A DNA stretch of 64,000 nucleotides from Amoebophrya sp. A120 (taxonomy: Eukaryota; Protista; Dinoflagellata). Location of the stretch: NCBI GenBank assembly GCA_905178155.1, contig CAJINV010000022.1, positions 798,836 through 862,835 of the forward strand, written 5' to 3'. The notes beneath the pieces are model-generated. The model ran no database searches. It saw only the letters and a list, made by a program, of their open reading frames with translations, and was not told where the DNA came from. Positions 39,501-51,500 of the stretch are shown in pieces. Every line of letters starts with the position of its first letter. Position 1 is the stretch's first letter. The position numbers were made by a program, and so were the translations under genes.

Positions 39501-42500
39501 TGCTTTTCGCTTAAACCCTGGCTGTGCCACTGCTTGAAGACCACTTTGCAGCGCTGGTAGTTGGCGCACTCCGGGTCCGGCGTCGAGGGTCCCACAGTCG
39601 CGAGGGCTGGAGTGAGAATGAATTTTCAATAGCAGACGCGGAGAAGTTTGGTATACACAGAGACCCAGGAGCGCTCATTTCTGTCACAAGCAAACGTCAC
39701 GCAGACGACTTTGCAGCACGTAATTACGTTACCTCGGCTCACCGGCGGTGGCGTCGCCGGCTGAAAACCCGCGTCCGGAACGCACCGCGAAAGGTCTCGC
39801 GCTTTGGCCTTCGCCTTAGCTCCCTTGGGCTTAGCTTGACCGAATTCGGGGTTGAGCTTGGCCTGGACTGCCTTCCACGACAGCCCACCGCCCGTTGAAC
39901 TCATATTGCAGGTGTCTGTTTGAGCTCAAAGAAGAAAGGAGCTACAGCGTGGCTATTAAATAGTGTGGCGCGACGTGTATTGCAGCCGGGCGATGAATGT
40001 GAAGCAGTTTTTCGCTCCTTATCGTTAGTGCTACTAAGCTGCACGAATACAAGTGGAAAGCTGCCAGATGGAAATCGTTTCACCACGCTGGAGAAGCCTT
40101 TAGCCATCTACCTTCACCGAGCGGACACGAAGAAAAAACGGAAAAAAAGATACTCAGTCGTTCGTTCTTCTAGAAATGGAATTCACGACGTCCGGCATTC
40201 TGATGCGCGTCCGCGCGACTGCAGCGGCAGACATCAGCTTCGTGAAAAAAAAACCGCGACGCCACTATTCAGCCAACACAGTGCTGAAAACGCCGACACC
40301 ACTAACACAGGCCGGGAGGTAGGAAATTAACAACAGATATCGCGTTCTGGACCATTGCTTTGCATCTTTCAGACCAGTGCAACCACGAAAGAGAACACCC
40401 GACGCACCTCGGCTTGAAAAATGTCTGCGCGCGCTGGTACTATGGCAGGCCCCGCCAACTATGCTAACAGCTAGGGGTGAATAGCGGTGCCGCGGCCCGT
40501 GGCTCTTCTTGCCTACAGAAAAGCCCCTCGACGGCAACCTAGCGCGGGCACCGCATACGATTGCTTTCAAGAATTGAGACCAGCCCCACGCGACAGGGCG
40601 AGCGGCTGGCCTGATTTCACTTTCGTCCAGGTAGTAAAGGTTGGACGCCGGGATCGCGCTTGTGCGACAAAAAAAACTACTCAAAATGAGCCGGCCTTCC
40701 CGGAAATACGGGGGCAGGACACTGGTGGCCGGCGACGCACATGCGCCGTCGTGCGCCACCCAGGGACGGGACTACCACAAACACGCTGGCGAGCTGCCAG
40801 TTGGCAGCTCGCCGGCTGCCTGGGCTCCTACCACGGCCCCGAGAGGCCCTGCGCCACCGTGAAAGTTGGCCAAGAGGCGCGAGACATGCGAGGGCCAAGC
40901 GAGGGCGCTACGGCTTGCCGGGCTACGTACCTAAATGAATCTGGCTGCTCGGTCGGCTGCAGGGTTTTTCCCTCCCGCCGGCAGCAGGGCGGGCGCCGGC
41001 TCATGCTCCTGCGCTTTTCCCCATCCCCCGTCCCGGCGAAACGGGTCCCCGCCCAATACAGAAACCCTGGGTGGCCCAGCCGGGCCAAGGGTGCTAACCG
41101 GGGCTGCAAAAGCGGGGCCGGCGCCACGGGGGCGCGGCGACCCTCTGCTCCACCCCGGCCGGGGAAAGCGTTCCGGGCCGGCGGGTGGCGTGGCCAAGGG
41201 GTCGGCCTGTTCGTGCGTTGCATTTTTTCCCCGCCCTGCCCCCGTGCATCGTCCACACACTCGGCCACCGAGGTTCCGTCCGGCTGCTGCCTGCCAATGC
41301 ATAGTGCGGCGGCCCGGCCGCGGGGGCATCGACGGGTCGGCGCGGGATAAGACCATGCGGGCTTCCCGCCAATGAATGGGCCGACGCAACAAGCCCACGG
41401 AAAACTGGCCCCCATCATCCCACGAGCCGACCCAACATGGAGGGCCGCCCGGCGGCACCTCTGCGGCCGAGCCTGGGCACATCGTGAGGCGCGGCCCCCC
41501 CGCTTCCGCGGGTGCTGGTCGCACGCATTGCGCCAGCCCCACACCGAACCGGCGCCGAAGAGCGCTGGCCAAGCAACACAAGCCACACTCACAAAACGAG
41601 ATGCCCCGCCGCGGACTGCCAAACGGCGCACCCGGCTGGCCGCGCGCGGCCGACCGAAGAACCGGGCCCCGCCTGGCGCGCGGAGTGGGCCGCGGGCGGC
41701 ACCGCGCCGCGGCGCAACACGTGGGTCCGGCCTGGGCACTGATCTGCCTACTGTGGGCGGCGAGGTGTGTTCTTTGTTACTAAAAATCGAAAACCTGTTG
41801 TTGAAAAATCGAAACACGCTCTAAATCCGGACAATTGACCTGTACAATCGTAAAGGCCAATTGTCCGGATTCAGGTCGTGTTTTGATTTCAAAAGCCCAA
41901 CGATGAAGAAAACAATTGCGCGCACGGGCAAGCTTGTTCGGCAGTATTACATCCATGCACCACCGAGGCACGGGCAAGAAGGCCGAAAAGGACGCCGGGC
42001 CCGGTGATGCGCCAAAAAGCTCGAAGGGCCGCCCCTCCGGAGCGAGGGCGCGCGCCAAGGCGGCCGGCGAACTCTTCCGCCGGCGATGGCGACGCAACAC
42101 TACTGGGGCGCGCCGCGCTAGAGCTGGCGCGTAAAGCCGTGCTCCGTCCCACGGAGCGGCCCGGCGCCTCTTGTTGCTGGAATAGCCCGGCGGCGCACCC
42201 GCCTGCGCAGCTTGGCGGCGCCCATAGCTTCGGCGGGGGCCCGCGCGCGCGGCCCCGGAGCAGCAGGAGCTGCCGGCACAAATCAAGAACGCCGCGCGCC
42301 GCCGGGGCGAGCGCCGCGCCGCGGCCGCCGGCGGGCGGCACTATCTTCGGGCGCGGCGTGCTCCAGCAAACAGCCGGGCGGCCAGGCGGGAAGCTCGGTC
42401 GACCATACCATGGGCGCTGGGGCGTGATACTTTTTAGCAGGGCGGGAACGCGGGCGAAAGTTTTCGCTTTCGCCATCGTGGCAACCTGCGTTCGCCATGC

Positions 42501-45500
42501 AAGCGGCGCTAGGGTGTGATACTTTTTACCACGGTGGCACCATGGGCGAAGAAAACTACCAAAAATCATGATTTTACCCCCCTCCCGAAGTGCGGCCGGC
42601 GCCTTCGGACGGCGCCGCCGCTTTTGCGGCTCGCAAATCGGCTCCGTCAGCTCGTGGACAGGCCTCAGGAAGTAGCCCAAAACTGGGCACGCCCGCGGGC
42701 GGCCGGAATCGCAGCAAAAACTTGAAATAAACTTGGAATAAACTAGCAAGCCGGGTCGATGCTTGAAAGCCATCGAAAGCTAGCCCCGGTGGTATGGTGG
42801 ACGGAGCCCTTCAGATTTTGGGCCAAAAACGTCGGCAGATCCAAGTTTTTTTCGCCTGCTGCCGAGATGCTTCGGCGGAGGCGACGCATTTTCGCCAGCA
42901 CTTTCGCTGGGTTGCAAGTTTGAACGCCGTAGCAGCCTGGCAAAAAGTATCACAACCTAGAGCCCACGGTATGGTCGGCGCCGCTTTCATCATTTTCGGC
43001 CTCCGTGGACTCATCCTGCCAAAAAGTATCACACCCTAGAGCCGATGGTATGGTCGACGCGGGTTTTGCCTGTTTTTTTGCATCCATGATAGCACCGCGG
43101 CAAAAAGTATCACACCCTCTGGCCGATGGTGTGACACTTTTGATTTTCTTCATTTTCGGGACCAGTTCGAACCCGTCCAAGCACTCACGGCGCGCAAACA
43201 CAGGCCACCAACCATCGCGCGTGAGCGCCCCTATGCGTATAAGCGTAGGGGGCCCGAAGCTGCTCGCTCAGGGTCGCGCGGGGCTTTGTGCATTATAAAA
43301 AGGCATCCGGGGCCCGAGAATGCGGGCCCGATGCGTCGCCTGAGCGCGCAAGCCCTCCACCTGGGGCCGCTTCGGCATCGCCAACAGGCCTCCCAAGAAC
43401 CAGAACCCCGCGAGCCCGCCAAGTTCGGGCGCCCCGGCAGCCGGCGCCCGTGCAAATAAGCAGGGATTTTGAACACCCCCGCAAGCGGCGCACTCAATGG
43501 AGGCGACCCCCTCCTAAAGTATTGAAATGAAGAAGAGCCGCGGCCGTCTAGTCACAGCGCAAATTATAGTGCCGACAGTGAGCTGCCAACAACCGCATCT
43601 CCTGCGGCCTACTTGCCTGCGATCTCTTGCGCCGATTTTTTGTATGCTCACATCATGAAACCCACAAGAAACATCGTACAAAAGGGGAAACTTCGTGCGA
43701 ACGCGCGCTATTAATTGGATACATTTCGAGCACAAACGAAAAGGAAAACTCATACGCTAGAAGATACATTCATACAACAGAGCGAAATCATACAGGCATT
43801 ACCATCACTACAAGTTCAGTTACAAATGAAGATGTCTGAAATGTATAGTACATAGCGGCTTCAGTAGTAAAAAACAAAAAGAAATAGCTATAGGGAAGCG
43901 GTGATCTTACTGAGCCCGCGCCCGGGCGGATGCGCTCTTTGTTGAGTTTATCTTAATCTTTGTCGCACCAGATCCAGGGTTCTATTTCCGAAAAGCCGCA
44001 GCACCCGAGTACTGGACTCTTTACTTCTCGGGCCGGTAGTGCTGCTTGGTCTCCTTCTGGTGCCAGCGGGTGAAAAGCTGTGGGACCGGGCTCAGATGCT
44101 TATAGACTGCTGCATGCAGCTCCTGCAACTCCTCGTACTGGGTCCGCTCTGGCCGCGTCCTTGGCTTGAAGGCCTCAGCTTTGGCACGCGCGGTGAGCGT
44201 GAATTCGTCAAAAGCGGTTTTGATGCGCGCCCGCTTCTCCTCCGCGGTAAGTTTTCGCACCCATTTCGGAGCATCTCCCGGCTGCTCCAGCCAGTGTAGG
44301 ACTACGAACTTGGCGTATCTCATCCACCAGACCAAAAACCTTTCCCCGCGCGCCCTCGTGCTTTCGTCTCGAAAGGATTTCTGGCGCACCATTGCCTGGT
44401 CTTGCGTCCGGAGAAAATCGGAACCCGCCGGCTTCTGGAAGATGAAGTTCATGCGGCCGTAGTAGGTCCATTCCGTATCTGCAAACGCCATGAGCAGACA
44501 CCCCCGCTCCCGCTTCTCCGTGTACAATTTTGCACTGCCGACAAAATCCAGCACGAAGCCGTCGATACCATCGCCCGCGATGTGCTCGCCTGTGGCCTTC
44601 TTTTCCTCGAAAACTGCCGCGCGGTGGTGCGCGATTTCTGCCGCGGACATTTGCTTCCTTGGCGAGAACCGGCTCCGCTGGCCTCCTGTTTTCTCTTCGG
44701 CGCCGTCCAAATCTGGCGCGAGGTCGTTATCACCTTCTCCCGCACCGTCTTCGGAGATATCCATCGCCAGGCGCCTTAAGCGGTTCCGCATCTTTGCCGT
44801 CATTGGTGGAGTGGCCTTGCTATTGTTTACTGCTGGATCTGCTTTTCCTGCACCCGCGACGGGCGCTTGTGGATCCTTTAACGCAAAGTCGGATCCCCCA
44901 AGGGCTGTGCCTGCAATATGAGAGACCGCCCCGCTCACGGCGTTAGCGACGTCTCTAGTGCTGCTCGATGCTGCTGCCCCGCGCAAAATGCCATCTGAAC
45001 GTGCTACCGCTGAAGAAGTCGGTCTGTCTTCCGAGAACGCCCACTCCGATTCGGATGATTCGACGTCAGCTTCGTCGCGCAGACCCTCTTCGGGTCTGCT
45101 TTCCCCTCCAGCCTCTGGCCGCAAATCGTCCTCGCTACAAGAACTACAGGAAGCGCGGTCGAACTCAAGGTCCAGGTCGTCGGCCGAATCTCTGTTATCC
45201 CCCGCACCAGTCAACTCCCCAACGCGACCGTCAGTATGCCGAGCGTGTGAGGATGAAGCTGCGTCTGCGCATTGTAGTGATGGGGCGGAAGCCGTACTCC
45301 GTCCCGGGTGTGCAGGCACTGACGATGGGCTTGCGCCTGGCTGTGCCTCCGTCGACCGATCCGCGGCGAACTTGGTCTCACTCCGGCGCTGGAGTCGCGC
45401 CGCCGCTTGTTTTGCTTCTGCTGCCCGCCTTCGTACTTTTTTCTCGCCGCGGCGCGTTTTCAGCTGCTTTTCTTCCTTCTTTCTCGCAGCTTCTACACGG

Positions 45501-48500
45501 TGCGCGCGCTGGGCTGAAAGAAATTGCAGAGCGGAGCAAATGTTGAGCTTGCTCTGCATGAGGATGGCCTGCCGCAGTGTGCTGCCTTTGAAGCCTCCGC
45601 GACTTGCCACGGGGGCTCCTTCCACACCAAGGTGCGGATCGTTGGCATTCAGATCGCCGGGAAGGAGGAATGCGCCATCTTCTTGACCAGGATCTTCATC
45701 CCCGTCGGGCATGCAGTCGTCCTGCGCGTCAGACGTCGCGCTGGCAGCTTTAGCCGCAACAGCTTGTGCGGCCACGCGACCAGAGCCGGTTTTCTTTTGC
45801 CGCTTGTTCTTCCGCTCCAGCACTAGCCCGGTACTTCGTTCGTACAGAATCCGGTCGCCGTCCACGAAATGCTCGATCTGGTTGATCCGAAGAACGGAAT
45901 CTGCCTGAATTTGTAGCGCCACGTCCCCCCCGCCTTCCTTCGGGGCAGTGGCGGCTCTCGCACCTGACCCGACAGCCCCGGACGCTGCTCTACTGCTGCT
46001 GGAGGCGGATGTAGAGGCTGCCGGCCGTGCTCCTCGGGTGCTGCGGCCACCAGCTGGGCAAAAGCCTTCGAGTGTGACCCAACTGAAATTCCACGTCGTT
46101 GGACACGCGAGCCGCTTGTCCCATGATGCGATGTGCCGAATAGCTGTTGTCGATTCCGCAAGCACCGCCCCGAGCACATCTACGACCTGCTCGCCTGCCT
46201 TTCCGAACTCCAGAGCTACAAAGATTCTCGGGTTTCCCAAGGTCCAGCACACGAGGTAATCCACGCCGCCGAGTGTCAAAACCAGACGTCGCGGAAGGGC
46301 AAGTGGGTCTTTTGCAGCCGCTGACCCGGCGTGCTTTTGCTGCAGGCGAAAAGCAAAACACCCGCAGGGGCTGGCAATAGTCGGACTCGGAACTCCACCA
46401 CCCCGCTCGAAGCAAGAAAGAAGGGAGGGGTCCAATACTGGGCCGAGAGTTGCGTTTTCAGTTACCACCAGCGGCTCCTCGTGCTCCCTCACGCGCCGCA
46501 CTGGTATGGAGGAAACCAACGGCGGGAGTGCCACGTCGCGAATTCCCTCCCAGAAATTCTTCTGCTCCGCTCTGTTGGAAATTTTGGCGTCAACTTCCTT
46601 CAACAACCTTTCCAACCGTGAGCGGGTTGCTTTTCGCACGAACAAGGAGTCGCCGACCGCGTCAATCCCTTCGCTCCACCACTGCTCGATGGTTGCGGGG
46701 TTCGTCTTGCCGGCCCTCCAGGCCTTCTGCGCAGCGTCTTCGGCTGTGAAAAGTTCTTTGTGTCCTCGGCAGAACGCACGGTGCAACGCTTCCGGCTTCT
46801 TCGCCGCGAACTCACGCTGATCGCGCTCCAGCTTCAGGATCTCGTCTTCCTCCGTGTCTAGTTGTTTGCACAGGGCTCGGCGGCGCTCCTCGAACTGTTC
46901 CGCCAATGCTTCCGAAGCGAAGGCGGCCTGCGCGGTTGCCGATACTGCGTGCTCCCCTCGCCAAGCCCTTCGGGGCCGTTGCGCATCGTGAACGAAAGTG
47001 TGATGCATCTCGTTTTTGCAGCTCGGCCATCCAATGAAAAAGTGTTTGGTGTTCTGGAAGCGAGATCTTGGCACCGCGTAGGAAATGCAAGATAACTTTT
47101 ATTCAGCATGCAAAGAGAGAACCACACAAAGAGAGCATCGAAGAGAGTGTGCTGATAGAGGAAATCGCGCGCGAGGGCGTCCGCTGCCACTAGCGTGCGA
47201 GAATAGATATCAAAACGGACACGCGCAGCGTGGCTTCCGTCGTACTGTTCGTTGGGCTTGAGGGTGAGCCATGAGACGCATGGCAAACCTCTGTGCCCTT
47301 GCTTCGTTCCAGATCCAGGCACTGTTCCAATGCACATCGACAAGTCCCCCAGCTGCACGTGCGTCGCCATCGTGTCCAAAATCGTAACGCCTGCTGCTGG
47401 CGAAATTTTATCGCGGTCGCAAATCAAATTCACCAGGTTCCCGTTCTCCGCGAGCTGCAAGGATTTGCATACGAACTTGCGGAACAGCGCGTCGCGGTCT
47501 TTGGTAAACTCCACGAAATGCAGCCTCTTCGCGTCTTCCGCCATGCTGCTCGTCTCGGCATGCCACGCAAGGGCGAGCTGTAGATGGCCCTCAAGCTGTG
47601 CAACCCGATAAACAAACCCGGCCAGTCCTCGGAGAATTGCAAGAATTCCTCCAATCCGGAGGGGTTCGTGAAATTTTGCGACGCCATCATCTCCCGGCGC
47701 GACGATACTGACGTCCTCCTGAAACTGCTGCAAGCCCAGTCGCTTGGCGGCAACGCGGGAAGATTCGATGAACTGCTGCTGGTTCGTCCCGTGGTGCCGC
47801 AACGTGGGAGTTGTGCTCGGGTCCCAGCTTCGCTCTTTCGTGGCGGATCGGGAATAGGTCTCCCCGGCTAAATGGTCCGCGGCGTTGCTCGTCGTCGCGG
47901 CGTATGCTGTTGCAAAATGTCGGGGCGTGCTCCGTGTTCCTTGAAAATGCACTCACGCCCATAAACCCTGAGGAGCCGTTCTCTTTACTTGTCTCGGCTC
48001 GAGGAGCTTGCTGTTGCTCCGCCGCAGAGCAACGACCAAAAAATGAAAAGAAAACACAAGTAGCTTTCACACGAGGCACACAGGGCGGATTTCACACGAC
48101 ATCCTTTTCCTTGCTAATGTTTCCCCCGAGTGCCAGCCCAGCCCCGAAAATTTGCAATCCATACCACAACATGCGAAAGCACGCCGAAATCGTAGCTCGT
48201 AAGTAAACCTGAATCGTGAATGAGTCAAGATCTGCAACGTGGGTCGTAATCCCGAAAAAGTAAACCCTTCAGGGGCGCCAAGCAATCAGCTTCGACCCTA
48301 GTGAGGAAAAAGCTGCAAGACTCTTGTTACTGGAGGAAACTATCGGACAACAACGACCCGCTCCGAAGTGGCTCAGTGGCCTCATCAATAAGTACCTGGA
48401 CAAAGCGAGAATCCACTTGGCGTGTAAATTCCGGAGCCGATGTGTACGCCCTCGAGCGCGTCCGGCGCGCCACCGTTATACGCTGTTCGCAATGCCGCGA

Positions 48501-51500
48501 ATGCGCAGGCCTGCCGGCTGCACAGCAAAATCGACCACCACCTTGTGTCCGAAGGAGGGCTGCAGCGCGGCAAAATGGTAGCTATCGCGGCCTTCGTTGC
48601 CGGAATCATGTCCGGCGAGCCGACGTGCGGAGCCCCATTGTGCAAGGCAAACGGCAACTCGCCGCTTTTCTCGGTGCTCCACAGACTATGGTGCTCCAGG
48701 AAATTCAGTGTGCGTGCGCGGAGGACCTCGAACGATTCCAAGTTCTCCACCACTACGGTTGCTTCGTCGACGAGTTCGCGAACGTCTTTTATCAGACCAG
48801 GCCGGTTTTCATTCACGAGCATATTGAAGGCCCACGAGAATGCGGAGTAGAAACATCTCTTTCGCCGTTTTTTTGTGACCCCCGCGGTCGGCTTCATGTT
48901 TTCCACGTTCTCCCACTGCTGTGCTGCGGTTGGCCCTCCCGCCGGGTCCGTTTCGGTTTCTTTTTCCTCTCTCGCCTGCTGCTGCTGTGCGGGGTGGCTC
49001 GGGTCGATGAGCAACAAGCCGTCGTCGTGCAGCTCCAAGAGGTTCAGGTCTTTCGGACCCGCTGCTTCCTTTCGAAAATTGCTGCTCGATCCGGCGGCGG
49101 TGCCTGTTTCACAGAAGTTTCACGATATTCCCTTTCCCTAGTTGCTCCGCGATGTGAAGCCACTAGCGGCGACAGAGCCGCTTATATTTGAACAGGGGTT
49201 GGAACATGAGAGAAGAGGTTCCCACGCATCCAGTTATCTGTTGCCATCAAATCAGCATCATCATCAGGGAAACAGACCTGCGCGGTGGGCGGCGGCGGAA
49301 GTACTTGCGCCGGCGATCGCCTTCGTCGAACCTCTACCACGGCCGGCTTTTTCCTCCTTTGCCATCGCGTCGAGCCGCTCGCGGATCGCGACGGGAATCA
49401 TCTTCCCCCGCAGCTCGGCCGTGCATTCTCTAGAGAGAATTTGTTGCTGGTGCTGAAATATTGCGTGAAGAGTGCCCCTAGATCACGCCCACGAAAGTGG
49501 CACCATGGCAACCGGAGCAAAGGAGCGCGGCGATGAATGTCGCGTCTTGTGTATCTGTTCGTCCGATTCCCTGCCGACGCTGACTAGTATCAGTGGACTG
49601 GTGGCGCGAAATACTTCGGGCCACACAAGAGGACGAGGCGACAAAACCTACTAGTACGACTACCCCCGAAGACGAGAGAGACGCCCTTGCTCCGGTGGCG
49701 CATCGGCTAAGGGTCTGTCTTGCGCTTCACTATCATAACTTCACAAAATTCACCCCAGCAAACGATAGGGTACGGGCTGAGAAGAAACCAGCTGCGAGGC
49801 TTATTCCGCTGCGAGGCACCTGTCTGCGGCTGCGCGCGGGCAGAGCTTGCTAGTAACTTTGCGCACTTTCTTGCTCATGCTATGCAAACACTGCGCAAAG
49901 AGAGCCCATGCTATGCGAGCGCGGCTGCAAGCGAGAGGACAAGAACCCCCACGCAGGCAGGCCGGAAGCGCCGTTCGCGCTATATACTAGGCGCGCAACG
50001 GCGCGCGGTTGGGGCTGTCTGTCTGATGGCAAAAACAAGGCGCAAAGAGGGAGGGGCCCCAAAAGGCACGAGGGCGGGCCGCGTCGGGTCTAGGCGCCCT
50101 AGCTTCCTGGCGGCGCGGGGGGCGCCAAGCGCGACCGCGCCAAATACTTTAGCGGCCGCCCGCAGCAGCAGACAGATTTCCAGCGCTTAGACAGAGTCGA
50201 GCATGAGCTTTTGTGTCGGAATCGTTTCTTGTAAAGAGGAAAAGGCCGTCTGGCGGTCGCGCTTTTGCAGAGAAGACAAGATGTGAAAACCACAGCAAAT
50301 CCTATGTACATGGAGGCCCAGCACTAGGCTGCGCGCTGCTTCACTCTATTTTTTCAGCAAGCCAACTGGCAAGCGCCTTTCTTGCTTCTGCCCATGCAAA
50401 CTCCTGCGCTATTGTTTGTCTCCGAGTTTATCCTTCTAACCATTTCAAAGTGCAAAAATTTGAAAGACGCCGGCAATTCGTTCTCCGGTACACCGCCACC
50501 GGAATCCGACATGAGGTTGAACAACAGCAGGCGGTCGTCAATGCCAGACCCGAGAAGATTTGCGTCGGCGCTGTTGTCGCCGAAGAAGCGGATCCGGGGC
50601 AGCTGCATGATGTCCTGCAAGAGTGGGTGCAAGATTCCGAGCAGGCAGGCTGCTGCCTGGGCCGCCTTGAGACCCTCGGGATCGTCCTGTTGCTGGTTTT
50701 TTTTGTTTGCTGCGGACCGCTTGTTCCTCGACGGTAAAACTCGCGGAGCGGATGTTGCAATAACCCGCGGGCCGAGTTTTCTCGTCCCGGTAGCACCGCA
50801 GGCGGACGCATCCTGCACCGAGATCAGCGTCACGAGGATCTCCGCACCCTTGTCCAAGAGGACCCTGCTCCCACCATCCAGGATGGATCTTTGCTCCGCC
50901 AGTGCAAGCAACATTCCCAATTTTGTCGCGTCGAACTCAACGCGGAGCATGGGGGTGGCGCCACGCTCCCAAGCCGCAACTATTTCTGCACGAATTCCAA
51001 CCGAAACCGCTTTTGCTAGTTGCGACGCGACCCGGCGCATCTGCAGCACCCGCGCCTGTCTTTTCGGCAGTTCTTTCTGGAAGAAGGAGTTGATGAGGTT
51101 GCGAACAAGGTCTTCTCCACTTGGACCGGCAACCGCGTCGCCCGGCGTCTCCGCGTGGGCTAACTCCTCGCCCCCTGCTTCCGGAGCGGCGAGAAGAACA
51201 TCACCACCCACTCCACCACCCCGGGTTCCGGATTTTTGCTGAACCGCATCTCCTGCAGCCGTGCTGCAGCCCATGGAAGAAGATGCTGCAGCCCTGCGGC
51301 TCCCCTCCAACATCCGGCGCTGCCCTTTTTCCGCACCGCCTGCAATTCGGGCGCGGCTCCGTTTCGCCAGTTGCGTATCGCGGCGCTGCGGCTCGAGGTT
51401 GGAGTTGACTACTGTGGCGCATGGGGCGAACACACGTCTGCGGCGGGATGAGTCAAAGCACAAAAATCGGCTCTGCGTGGCTGCCAGCCGTTGCCCAGTT

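Noticed and set aside
37260-43530. Long overlapping ORFs in GC-rich stretches (also 29485-30615)
   Set aside because: They are open in several frames, have R/P/G/A-biased composition and coincide with repeated non-coding modules.
47850-48395. SF1/Pif1 helicase hints (AATTSNAADHLAGET, VLIDEA)
   Set aside because: No Walker A was found and the motif order is wrong; the hAT-like DDE motif set explains the locus better.
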